From an uncultured Bacteroidales bacterium (GTDB lineage: Bacteria > Bacteroidota > Bacteroidia > Bacteroidales > JBBRXJ01): DNA of 64,000 bases. The stretch's first letter is position 1, and each line of letters begins with the position of its first letter. This document shows, piece by piece, positions 43,044 through 51,901 of the stretch. Position numbers and translations under genes: made by a program. The stretch is taken from assembly GCA_964345135.1 (NCBI GenBank), contig CAYFQI010000001.1, positions 3,851-67,850 on the forward strand. The letters are read 5' to 3'. The notes under the pieces are model-generated. The model was given only the letters and a program-made list of their open reading frames with translations, was not told the DNA's origin and did no database searches.

Positions 43044-44186
43044 TTACAATACTATTTTAACTATTTGCTGTTGACCTGTTGATATAATTTTTACAATATA
43101 CAGGCCTGAAGGCTTCCCTCTTTTTTGAATGAAATGGGTTGAGGATTTTGCCTTGTTCGAAGAAACACGTTTGCCCGTCATATCATAAATATCAATTTTG
43201 GTATTTTCAGGAAGCTTATTCAACCGGACTCCTGTTTTTTCATAATTCAGGCTTATATCATTCTTTTTTGATTCGGGAACATAGCCCTGAACGGGTGTTT
43301 CTTCCGGAAAGTTGATCTCAATGCTATACAGGTTTTTCTTTGCGGTTATGTAAAGAATATCCAGGCTGTCGCCTCCAAAGGTACAGTTTGTTGGTTTTTC
43401 GGGTACCTGGATTGTAAACAGGGTATCACCCGTTGTGTCAAACACTTGTACGCCAATTTCGGTGGTTACATAGAGGTTCCCGAGTTTATCTACAGCCAGG
43501 CCATCAGCACCTGAATGGTTGTCTGTATTTCCCGAAGCCAATTGCAATAGGGCAAAAGTATCTTTTTGACTGATCGTCCCTGGGGCATCTATGTGCCATG
43601 AAAAAACATATTGATCATACGTGTCCACGACCCATAATGTCTGGCCATCTTTTGAGATGATCACCCCGTTGGGTTTAACCAGTTCATCAATCAGGCGGGT
43701 GACGGTTCCGTCATTAGCAATGTAATAGACGGATTCGACCATGTTGGTTGTCCCTCCAAACACCGGGTCTGTAAAATAAACACCCCCGTGTTGATCTATC
43801 ACCAGGTCATTGGGACTGTTGAATGATGTTCCCTGGTAATCGCTGGCCAAAACACTGGTAATGGTGCCATGGGTGTCCAACGCCACAACTCTTCCGGCAC
43901 CTCCCTGGCAGGCAATGATAGAATCACCGCTATACCATAGGCCATTGGCTCCGGATGTATTATCCAAAAACAGTTCGAACCCTCCTTCAACAGAATATTT
44001 ATGAATTTTATTATTCGGGATATCGGTGAAATAGACATACCGATTGCCGTCCCAGGCCGGCCCCTCAACGAACGAGAATTGGCCTGTACTCAGTTTTTTT
44101 ACACCTGCCGTGTCTGGCGCCGGAACGCTTGCATTTATACATTGGAATACCTGAATGAAAGCGAATGCAATGATGAAATGTTTCAT
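43044..44186 (-). CDS. SMP-30/gluconolactonase/LRE-like six-bladed beta-propeller protein with T9SS type-A C-terminal sorting domain (380 aa)
   Basis: Propeller motifs are SFVEGPAWDGNRYVYFTDIPNNKIHKY, NSPNDLVIDQHGGVYFTD, PNGVIISKDGQTLWVVDT and GADGLAVDKLGNLYV. The C-terminal ~80 aa read KIDIYDMTGKRV...SGLYIVKIISTGQQQIVKIVL, which is typical of a T9SS CTD. Confidence 0.85.
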   Translation of the reverse strand: MKHFIIAFAFIQVFQCINASVPAPDTAGVKKLSTGQFSFVEGPAWDGNRYVYFTDIPNNKIHKYSVEGGFELFLDNTSGANGLWYSGDSIIACQGGAGRVVALDTHGTITSVLASDYQGTSFNSPNDLVIDQHGGVYFTDPVFGGTTNMVESVYYIANDGTVTRLIDELVKPNGVIISKDGQTLWVVDTYDQYVFSWHIDAPGTISQKDTFALLQLASGNTDNHSGADGLAVDKLGNLYVTTEIGVQVFDTTGDTLFTIQVPEKPTNCTFGGDSLDILYITAKKNLYSIEINFPEETPVQGYVPESKKNDISLNYEKTGVRLNKLPENTKIDIYDMTGKRVSSNKAKSSTHFIQKRGKPSGLYIVKIISTGQQQIVKIVL

Positions 44187-44211
44187 ATGTTTAAGTTTTT
44201 AAGTTTCTAAG

Positions 44212-44265
44212 TTAATTGAGTTAATTAAGTTAATTGGGTTAATTGAGTTAACTGGGTTTATCTGG
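44212..44265. repeat. imperfect 9-bp tandem array (TTAATTGAG-like, 6 core units, with degenerate units back to ~44190)
   Basis: The units read ttaattgag ttaattaag ttaattggg ttaattgag ttaactggg tttatctgg. The array lies 26-80 nt upstream of the SMP-30-like gene start codon. Confidence 0.8.
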
Positions 44266-44322
44266 TTTTTTGCTTTATCCGGCAGTTCGGTGTAGAAGAA
44301 CCTTTTATAATTATGTGCGTGT

Positions 44323-44402
44323 TTTTGAAATTCAAATTACTATGAGGTTATTAAATAATCATCCCCACGTGTGTCAAAGAATTTATCATGGCTTGGTTCA
44401 TG
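44323..44402 (-). repeat. copy D of the 95-bp repeat family, inverted relative to copies A-C
   Basis: The reverse complement reads catgaaccaagccatgataaattctttgacacacgtggggatgattatttaataacctcatagtaatttgaatttcaaaaac. This is a near-full-length match to copy B. Confidence 0.85.
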
Positions 44403-44948
44403 TATTTATATTTTAGAAGTTTTAAAAATCGAATTTAGGAGTAATAAGATATTTTCCTATATATTGGACGCTTTTGTCATATGTGTTAATAAATTTTATC
44501 ATATAAAGATAAAAATCCGAAGATAATAAAAAAAATAAAATATAGTGCCTATATCGATGATAATAGCATCTGTGGGTCATTAGGTAATCTACTCCCCCCA
44601 ACGCTGACAGGCCTGCCGGCGCTGTCAGGTTTTTAATGCCTGCCAGACCTGTCAGGGTCGGTTAGAAAAGGTGCTGTCATAGCAGCAACAACATCCATTT
44701 CGTTATTGACTAAACATGAAAAAGAAGTGGTAAATGATTTGGTGATCTCCGGTAAAAGCATTTCCAAAAGCTCTAAAAACAAATGGGTATACATGAATAT
44801 TGTGTTCTCGATATTAATTGGTATTATTGTTATATCACTATGGGGCTATTTTTCATAGTGAATTAGGCGGTTACCTTATAAGTGATGTTAATTGATATGC
44901 TGAATCAGGTTTGATTGTTATCCTCAACACTGATTTCAGCTCTTCTTC

Positions 44949-47084
44949 TTATTCAACATCAAAATATTGTTTTTTAAATTCTTTCAGCTTGTCAGGATGT
45001 CCGAGAATCGTTAAAATATCTTTTTCTTTGAGCACAGAATCTCCTCCCGGGGTAATGGATTCACCGCCCCGTTCTATGATAGCGATCAATAGTCCTTTAG
45101 GCAGGTCAATGTCTTTTATCTTCTTCCCGATGAAATGCTGGCAGACTTTGTTCGTTGGCTTAAGCCTAAAGCTGATATATCTTTCATGGTACAAAAGAAA
45201 CTCTTTGACTTCTCTTGCTGTTTGTTTCGACGTGATGGCCTGATGGAAATTTTCCCGGTCTGTAATGTCCAATAAGCGAGACAGTATCCTCAATAACAGC
45301 TTATTATCATCTGAAGGCGCTACAATAAAAAAGAAAACATGAATAGTATCTTCGGAGGTAACATTTTTTTTCGTGATTTTTTTTCTGATCCCTTTGGGAG
45401 AGATGATTATATGAGCAAAAGGGGATGAAACTTTATCACAACTGGCAAAGTGAATGGAAACATAAGGAATAATAAATTCTGTATCTATACTTTTGATTGA
45501 TAAAAACTGATTGACAAGTTCATCTTTATTAATGGAATAGTTTTCGGAAATCTTTTCTGCTATATTTTGTAATAACTTTGAGTAAGGTTTGTTTTTAAAA
45601 TTTAATAAAGAGGACTTATTTATGAACGATATCTCTGCATTGGTAATCAATTGATCAAATTGATCTTTTTCACGGAGGCCTTTTTCCTTGATGATATGAA
45701 GGAATTCATTTGCAATCTTTTCATATTTTTTTCTGCCCAAAAGTTCAAACCAGTGATAAATGGCACCTTGTCTTTTTATTTTGCCTTTTGCATAATAATT
45801 AAACCATATTATGCCCAAAAGGATTAATCCAACGGAGAATAATAATGGCCCCCAACCAAGATAAATAATAAGGGCAAAGGAAGATATCATCCCGAATATC
45901 TGCATGTATGGATATAGGGGGGAGTAGTACCCCGGATCATACGTATCTATTTTGCTGTTTCGGAAAATAATTACGGCAAAATTGATAAAGAAAAAGATTA
46001 ACAACTGAAATGTACTTGCCATTTTTGCAATTCCTTCTGCACTTACAAAAACGATAATGAATACAATGATTAACGAGGTAATAACAATAGAAAACACAGG
46101 CATATGTGTTTTCTTATTTTGCCTGGAAAATATAGGTGGCAGCAATTTATCTCTCGACATAGCCAATGGATATCTCGAGGATGACATGATCCCGGCATTC
46201 CCGGTAGAAGCAAACGCTGCCACCGCGCTTATGACCACTATGACGAGGGCAATTTTAGAAGGCATCCATTTTAACGTATGGGAAGTTAGTGTCGCAACAG
46301 GAGTAAGATCATTCAAAAAACTATTTGGATCGATGAAACTAACCATCAAAAATGTTCCCAGGGCATAAATCAAGCTTGTTACTACCAGTGAAGTAATCAT
46401 ACCAAGTGGAATATTGCGTTCCGGATTTTTTATTTCTTCAGCAATGCTCGCTACTTTCGTGAGCCCGGCATACGATACAAACACAAAGCCTATGGTTGCA
46501 AAAAGGCTGCCCACCCCATCTTTAAAGAATGGCCTGAAATTATTCTGAATGATAAATTTTAAATTATTGTCGCTGAATAAATGAATAAATCCATCAATGA
46601 TTAAAAGCCCCAGTATAAAGATTAAAACAATGACAAAAATATTCTGAAAGCCAGAACTTTTTTTGGCCCCGATAATGTTAACTACGGCAAAAACAATGGT
46701 CAATGCAATGGCAATATGATCTACAGGGATATCAAGAATTAAAGAAGTATATGCCCCCATTCCAACCAGTGCAAAGGCAGATTTTAACACCAGTGCAAAA
46801 TAGGTACCCAACCCTCCAATGGTTCCAAATAATGGGCCGTATGCCCTGTCTATGATAAAATAAGCCCCACCCGCTTTGGGAATAGCTGTAGATATTTCGG
46901 CCATACAAAACATGGCAGGGATGATCAATATGGCTGATAACAGATAGGCCAAAAACACCGACGGACCGGTGTACATGAAAGCGATCCCCGGCAAAAGGAA
47001 AAATCCACTGCTAAACATGGCACCGGTACTGATAGCAAATACACCAAACAGGCCTATTTCTTTATTGAGCTTTTGTTTTTTCAT
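44949..47084 (-). CDS. APC-superfamily amino-acid permease fused to PTS-EIIA(type 2)-like and TrkA-C (RCK_C) regulatory domains (711 aa)
   Basis: The N-terminal ~440 aa are polytopic (GLFGVFAISTGAMFSSGFFLLPG..., AIPKAGGAYFIIDRAYGP). The middle carries IHFASCDKVSSPFAHIIISPKGI...TIHVFFFIVAPSDDNKLLLRILSRLLDI (EIIA-2-like). The C-terminus reads IGKKIKDIDLPKGLLIAIIERGGESITPGGDSVLKEKDILTILG (TrkA-C-like). Confidence 0.8.
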   Translation of the reverse strand: MKKQKLNKEIGLFGVFAISTGAMFSSGFFLLPGIAFMYTGPSVFLAYLLSAILIIPAMFCMAEISTAIPKAGGAYFIIDRAYGPLFGTIGGLGTYFALVLKSAFALVGMGAYTSLILDIPVDHIAIALTIVFAVVNIIGAKKSSGFQNIFVIVLIFILGLLIIDGFIHLFSDNNLKFIIQNNFRPFFKDGVGSLFATIGFVFVSYAGLTKVASIAEEIKNPERNIPLGMITSLVVTSLIYALGTFLMVSFIDPNSFLNDLTPVATLTSHTLKWMPSKIALVIVVISAVAAFASTGNAGIMSSSRYPLAMSRDKLLPPIFSRQNKKTHMPVFSIVITSLIIVFIIVFVSAEGIAKMASTFQLLIFFFINFAVIIFRNSKIDTYDPGYYSPLYPYMQIFGMISSFALIIYLGWGPLLFSVGLILLGIIWFNYYAKGKIKRQGAIYHWFELLGRKKYEKIANEFLHIIKEKGLREKDQFDQLITNAEISFINKSSLLNFKNKPYSKLLQNIAEKISENYSINKDELVNQFLSIKSIDTEFIIPYVSIHFASCDKVSSPFAHIIISPKGIRKKITKKNVTSEDTIHVFFFIVAPSDDNKLLLRILSRLLDITDRENFHQAITSKQTAREVKEFLLYHERYISFRLKPTNKVCQHFIGKKIKDIDLPKGLLIAIIERGGESITPGGDSVLKEKDILTILGHPDKLKEFKKQYFDVE

Positions 47085-47118
47085 AGCTATTATTTATTGA
47101 TAAAGTAAACGAGTTTTA

Positions 47119-48273
47119 TTAATAAATAGCCGTTCCCATCTGGAACATTGGAAGGTACATGGCAACTAAGATGACTGCTACCAGCACCCCGACAAAAATA
47201 ATCAATAATGGTTCAAGCACATTTCCCAGCATACTGGTCTGGTGTTCAAGTTCTTTTGTGTATTGTTTGTGCAGTCTTTCAAACATAACATGCAACTGGT
47301 TTACTTCTTCTCCAACCTTGATTAATGAGGTGGTACGTGTATCAAAGATTGAAAATTTTTGCATGCTTTGATGAAGTGGCTTTCCATGCATAATATCATG
47401 TTCTATTGTGTCCATGGCTTTTTCAAATGGGTAAAACCGGATCATTTTCCGGCACAATTGAATGGTTCGAAGCATGGGAATGCTCGAACTGATAAGTAAG
47501 CTAGCGGATTGGAAAAACCTTGACAAATACGACATCCTGATCATCCGGCCTATTAATGGGAGCTTTAGTATAAGTTTCGTGATAAAATCCCTGTAATAAT
47601 CTTTGTTTCGGATTGAATAAATTACAATGCTGATAACAACTAAAATGCTGAAAAAAATTCCAATGTTGTTACTGAATGCACTCGATGCTTTGATGATAAA
47701 CTTCGTTAACCCGGGAAGTTCGGCATTGGTACGCATGAAAATGTCTTTAAACATGGGCACCATGTAATTCATCATAAAAAAAACAGCAGCAAAAGCTGTG
47801 ATCAAAACTAAAATAGGATATGAAAAAGCATTGGTAAGTTGCCTGCGTTGTGCTATTTTTTTTTCATAATATATTGTAAGGTCATTCAACACATGGCTTA
47901 CACGGCCTGTTTCTTCTCCAATGCGCAGGGTATAATAATCATACGTTGTGAATTTTCTGGTCTCTTCAAGCGATTCACTCAGGCTTTGCCCGTCAATTAC
48001 CCGTTGATATAAGGTTTTAAATAATTCTTTATCTTGTTTTTTTGTTTGCTCATCTACAATAATTTCCAACGATGTTTTGATGTCTATGCCCGAACTCAAT
48101 AAAACACTCAACTCAGAAAAGAATCGTTCCTTATTTTTATCTTTTATGCTACTGCCAAACAACTGAATGTCTGCTGTCAGAGCTTGTTCAATTCTACGGA
48201 TCAGGGAATTTTCCCCTGCTTTTTTATTTTGTTCTTTTTTAAGGTTTTGAACCTTTTGTAATTCAATTGGCAT
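47119..48273 (-). CDS. gspF: type II secretion / type IV pilus platform protein, GspF/PilC family (384 aa)
   Basis: It has two T2SS-F-type repeats (LSVLLSSGIDIKTSLEII... and SASLLISSSIPMLRTIQL...). Three TM segments are present, and the C-terminus is LVAVILVAMYLPMFQMG. Confidence 0.85.
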   Translation of the reverse strand: MPIELQKVQNLKKEQNKKAGENSLIRRIEQALTADIQLFGSSIKDKNKERFFSELSVLLSSGIDIKTSLEIIVDEQTKKQDKELFKTLYQRVIDGQSLSESLEETRKFTTYDYYTLRIGEETGRVSHVLNDLTIYYEKKIAQRRQLTNAFSYPILVLITAFAAVFFMMNYMVPMFKDIFMRTNAELPGLTKFIIKASSAFSNNIGIFFSILVVISIVIYSIRNKDYYRDFITKLILKLPLIGRMIRMSYLSRFFQSASLLISSSIPMLRTIQLCRKMIRFYPFEKAMDTIEHDIMHGKPLHQSMQKFSIFDTRTTSLIKVGEEVNQLHVMFERLHKQYTKELEHQTSMLGNVLEPLLIIFVGVLVAVILVAMYLPMFQMGTAIY

Positions 48274-48416
48274 GATAATGTGTTTTAAAAAAACTTGACT
48301 TTATGGACGATTCTGGTTAAATATGCGAAATATAATAAAAAAGATAAAGTTTTTAGCGTTAATCCTTTCGGTGTTGTAATGCCATGTGCAGCTTGTGTGT
48401 ATGTTTAGCTTCATCT

Positions 48417-48971
48417 TCATTGTTCTTTGTATATATTAAAATATGTTGCTGTTCCATAGTGTTTTGTGAATTTCCAGGTGTATGGTTTTTGTTGGTCATA
48501 AATAGCAAATTTAATGGTATCAATGATATATGCACCATTTTTTAAGTAATTTAAACGGACATCCTGTATCGAATAATTAAATGTATCCATTTTATTACCA
48601 GATTTGCGAACTATATGCCCGGCATGTATTGAATAATAAATATCCGGCTCGAATTTTTTATGGGCGTGGAGCCGGTCAGAGGAATATGTAAGGGTTTTAC
48701 ATTCGGAAATATCCATGTTCATTACCTGGTATAACATACCCAGGTTATCATTGGATTGATTTTGACGTAGTGTGACTGTAAACAGATTTTGTATACTCAT
48801 GAAAGCACTTACAGCAGTGGCGATCACGATTCCACTGATCACCAATACCATTAAGACCTCAACAATAGTATAGGCGTTCAATTGAACGGATGATCTTACC
48901 CCGTGAATCCCGAGTGCGTTTGAGCGGGTTTCACTGGTCTGTATTGTCTTGATTTTTTCTTTCCTTTTCAA
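48417..48971 (-). CDS. minor pseudopilin-like protein with prepilin-type N-terminal segment (184 aa)
   Basis: The motif LNAYTIVEVLMVLVISGIVIATAV is a class III signal-like sequence with a Glu at +5 and a hydrophobic helix. It sits within the secretion cluster. Confidence 0.6.
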   Translation of the reverse strand: MKRKEKIKTIQTSETRSNALGIHGVRSSVQLNAYTIVEVLMVLVISGIVIATAVSAFMSIQNLFTVTLRQNQSNDNLGMLYQVMNMDISECKTLTYSSDRLHAHKKFEPDIYYSIHAGHIVRKSGNKMDTFNYSIQDVRLNYLKNGAYIIDTIKFAIYDQQKPYTWKFTKHYGTATYFNIYKEQ

Positions 48972-49032
48972 TGCTTTATGTTTTTGTTCCTGCCATGTTA
49001 ATTCTTATGGTTGGTTGCTAAACAGGCCCTTA

Positions 49033-49416
49033 CTACCATCCCCACTTTTTTTCAGGTGCATTTTTCATGGGGGCCTCAATAATCATCCGCTTATCAAACC
49101 ACTCGTGCTTTTTTATCCCTGCTACAGTAAATGTTATCACCAGCATACCGGGTTCTTTATTATACTCCGAAACAGATTTTTGAATGGTATACTGCTTGAA
49201 CTCGAATGTTTCGTCAATATACCGGTGATTCATTCGTGTTTGCTGCATCAGCATGTCCGTGTTGAATAATGCTTCCATTCTTAACCGGGTTTTATGAGAA
49301 GCAAATGTCCCCTGGATCATCATAATGGCAATGCCGAAAGAAAGCATCACGATGATCATAGCTACAATGACTTCTACAAGAGTAGACGCTTTGAATGTTT
49401 TATTTAATAGACCCAT
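49033..49416 (-). CDS. minor pseudopilin-like protein with prepilin-type N-terminal segment (127 aa)
   Basis: The N-terminus reads MGLLNKTFKASTLVEVIVAMIIVMLSFGIAI (A/STLVE plus a hydrophobic helix). Confidence 0.6.
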   Translation of the reverse strand: MGLLNKTFKASTLVEVIVAMIIVMLSFGIAIMMIQGTFASHKTRLRMEALFNTDMLMQQTRMNHRYIDETFEFKQYTIQKSVSEYNKEPGMLVITFTVAGIKKHEWFDKRMIIEAPMKNAPEKKWGW

Positions 49417-50669
49417 TCAATGATTCGTTTTGGTTTATTTTGCTCAAATATACATGAGCCCGTGTATTTTTTTGAAAGACTCATGAAATCTACCGTAGCG
49501 TTTAACAAATGGTTTTCATACTTTCCCATTTTGGTTTCAAGGAACAATTTATATGCATAGAGTGAACCATTTATAGTCCCTTTATGTTGAACGTAACAAT
49601 TGGAGTATACTTCGCCGTAAATAACAGCATCTTCATGAATGTAGAGTTGCGATTTCTCCGTTTCAGTGATGTTGGTATTGTAAAATAATATGCCACCTGA
49701 TACACTCGCCTGATCGTGTATTTCCATCGAGGCCGGCCTGTTACATATGACACCCAGGAAAGCAGGAAGCTCAATTTGGCAATTTTCTTCAACAACCAGT
49801 GAGTCAAAGGCATAGGCCTGGATATTTCCTTTAAATCCACGCTGAATATTAAGCGATAAGGCATAAATAATAACATTTGTAAGATCAGCAGAAGAGGAAA
49901 CGGTTACATGTCCGTTGCAAAAAAAACGAATGTTTCCATTGGCTGTAATATATTGTAGGTTGACGTTTCCATCTGTCCAAATATCAAGAGTAGGGGATAA
50001 AAACGATCGTGTAATAGAGTCGGATTCATGAAATGCCTCATCATAATGGATAGCAGTATCAGGATAACTTACCGGGTCTAATAAAATGGTTTTAGTGGTA
50101 TTGAAGAATGTGTTGTCCAAATCAGGAAGCTTACTTTGGCTGTTTTGAATGTTTCCATATACCAGTTTATCACCCCGGTAGTGCTCACCTTCAATATATG
50201 CTCTTTTTACCGTTCCGTTTGGAGCATAACAAGTCCCGGTAATCCGCGTATTGCCACTAAATGAGATATAATTATTTTGATTGGTGACATACAAGCCTAC
50301 AGGTTCGCCTTTAAATATATCATTTCCTACTAAGACTGCACGTTTTTCAATTAGATGTTTATGTTCAGCTTCTACAATATAGATTGAATAAGCCCCCCAT
50401 TTTTTTTTATAAAAAGAAATTGTAGAAGGTTTATCTTCATATAAAACATATTCTGTCCGGGAATTATTTGTCGCCAGGTTATCATTTGACAATAAAAGAT
50501 GTATCCCGGACATCACGTGATCTGTTAAGTTGCTTTTGAGTATAAGTGTTTCAATGTTTTTTCTGCTGTAAGCATGGGAAAGAATGAGGAAAAAGCATAC
50601 CAGGGCAATGATAAACGAGATGAATACAGCATATAAAAGAGTCCCGGCTTTTAGCTTATGATCCTTCAT
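49404..50669 (-). CDS. membrane-anchored protein of unknown function, possibly a large GspK-like minor pseudopilin (421 aa from MKDHKLKAGTLLY)
   Basis: The track ORF runs 49404-50774. The internal ATG at 50669 removes a 77-nt overlap with the upstream gene. It also places the start just before the hydrophobic helix AGTLLYAVFISFIIALVCFFLIL. Confidence 0.55.
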   Translation of the reverse strand: MKDHKLKAGTLLYAVFISFIIALVCFFLILSHAYSRKNIETLILKSNLTDHVMSGIHLLLSNDNLATNNSRTEYVLYEDKPSTISFYKKKWGAYSIYIVEAEHKHLIEKRAVLVGNDIFKGEPVGLYVTNQNNYISFSGNTRITGTCYAPNGTVKRAYIEGEHYRGDKLVYGNIQNSQSKLPDLDNTFFNTTKTILLDPVSYPDTAIHYDEAFHESDSITRSFLSPTLDIWTDGNVNLQYITANGNIRFFCNGHVTVSSSADLTNVIIYALSLNIQRGFKGNIQAYAFDSLVVEENCQIELPAFLGVICNRPASMEIHDQASVSGGILFYNTNITETEKSQLYIHEDAVIYGEVYSNCYVQHKGTINGSLYAYKLFLETKMGKYENHLLNATVDFMSLSKKYTGSCIFEQNKPKRIIEWVY

Positions 50670-50697
50670 TTTTTCATTTTTAATAATCTTATATATT

Positions 50698-51348
50698 CTA
50701 TTTTTTGTTTTTTTCTTCCAATTCTTCTTCCTGTAATTTTTCCTTTTTATCTTGTCCGGAAAATAAGTTTCCAATCCATCTAAAAAGAAAGAACCCCTTA
50801 TGTTTTCCTTCTATTTTTTCACCGTTTTTATATACTTCTGTGATGATAGTATCTTGGGTATAAAGGATTTGTTTTCCGTGTTTTATACCTTTTTTATAAT
50901 GTTCTTTTAAAATTGTATCTCCATTTGGAGAATATATTTTATGAATTCCATCTCTTTTTCCGTCTTTATATTCGGTTAATGTGTGTAATTTACCATTTGC
51001 ATACCATTGTTTCCATTGTTTTGTTCTCACCCCTTTATTAAAAAAACCTTCTATGAGCAGGTTTTTATTTCTGTTTAGGAGTAAATATTTTCCGTGTAGC
51101 AAGTTGCCGGTATATCCTCCTTCATTCCAATGGACCTCATTTGGGGTATACCAATAATAGGTCGTATTTTCTTTGGGATCAATGTCTATGTCTTTTGTGA
51201 TGATATGTGCCTGGATGATAGAATCTTCTTGAGTAACGGTAATGTTTTGATAATAATCTTCTCCTTTAAAAAGCCGGTTGTATGTATTGCAGCCTGAAAT
51301 TATAAGCCCAAAGAGGGCAGACAATAGAATGAAATATTTATTGGTCAT
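50698..51348 (-). CDS. lipoprotein with MORN-variant (YwqK-like) repeats (216 aa from MTNKYFILLSALFGLIISGCN)
   Basis: The track ORF runs 50698-51402. The internal ATG at 51348 gives a canonical lipoprotein signal (LIISGC) and removes the overlap with the upstream gene. Repeats of the G.Y..Y..NGK....G.Y..G...G.W type are present (LHGKYLLLNRNKN, TKQWKQWYANGKL, RDGIHKIYSPNGD, KHGKQILY). Confidence 0.65.
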   Translation of the reverse strand: MTNKYFILLSALFGLIISGCNTYNRLFKGEDYYQNITVTQEDSIIQAHIITKDIDIDPKENTTYYWYTPNEVHWNEGGYTGNLLHGKYLLLNRNKNLLIEGFFNKGVRTKQWKQWYANGKLHTLTEYKDGKRDGIHKIYSPNGDTILKEHYKKGIKHGKQILYTQDTIITEVYKNGEKIEGKHKGFFLFRWIGNLFSGQDKKEKLQEEELEEKNKK

Positions 51349-51358
51349 ATGATATGGT

Positions 51359-51874
51359 TTAATTTGTGACAAATGTTTTACGTGTTTTTTTATAAATGAC
51401 AATGACGGAATCTTTGTACAAGTCTTTAATAAAAACTTTTTGTATGGAATCGTTTTTACGGATCAGGAATTCTTGTTTGTCTATTTCCATGAGGCCTACT
51501 TTTTCACCAGATTGGGTGTTTTGTACGATTCCTCCATATTTAATATCCGGCCACCGGATGTTTTCAATAATATCTCTACGTAATACAATATTGGATTCAG
51601 GTTTCTTTTTTTCTGTTTTTTTATTGGATTGATTGGTCTTTGTATACCTGGGCCTTGTATACCGGACATTTTTCAAAAACGGATCGCAGTAATTAGCATG
51701 AAGCGAAAATGTATCTTGCACGCTGCTGTTGTTTTTGTTTGGTTGTAATGTAGAAACAATACACGGATCATCAGGAGTATCTTGCTTGGTGAAATCCAGA
51801 ACCCTATAAATGATAAGCCCCCAGACAACCAAAACAACAGGGATTAAAATATATTGTAGTTTTTTATTTTTCAT
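51359..51874 (-). CDS. bitopic membrane protein of unknown function (171 aa), possibly PilP/GspC-like
   Basis: It has an N-terminal TM segment (LQYILIPVVLVVWGLIIYRVL), a K/T-rich linker and a small beta-rich C-terminal domain. The functional guess rests on position in the cluster only. Confidence 0.5.
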   Translation of the reverse strand: MKNKKLQYILIPVVLVVWGLIIYRVLDFTKQDTPDDPCIVSTLQPNKNNSSVQDTFSLHANYCDPFLKNVRYTRPRYTKTNQSNKKTEKKKPESNIVLRRDIIENIRWPDIKYGGIVQNTQSGEKVGLMEIDKQEFLIRKNDSIQKVFIKDLYKDSVIVIYKKTRKTFVTN

Positions 51875-51901
51875 TACAAAACTTCATTCTTTTTTAAAAA
51901 A

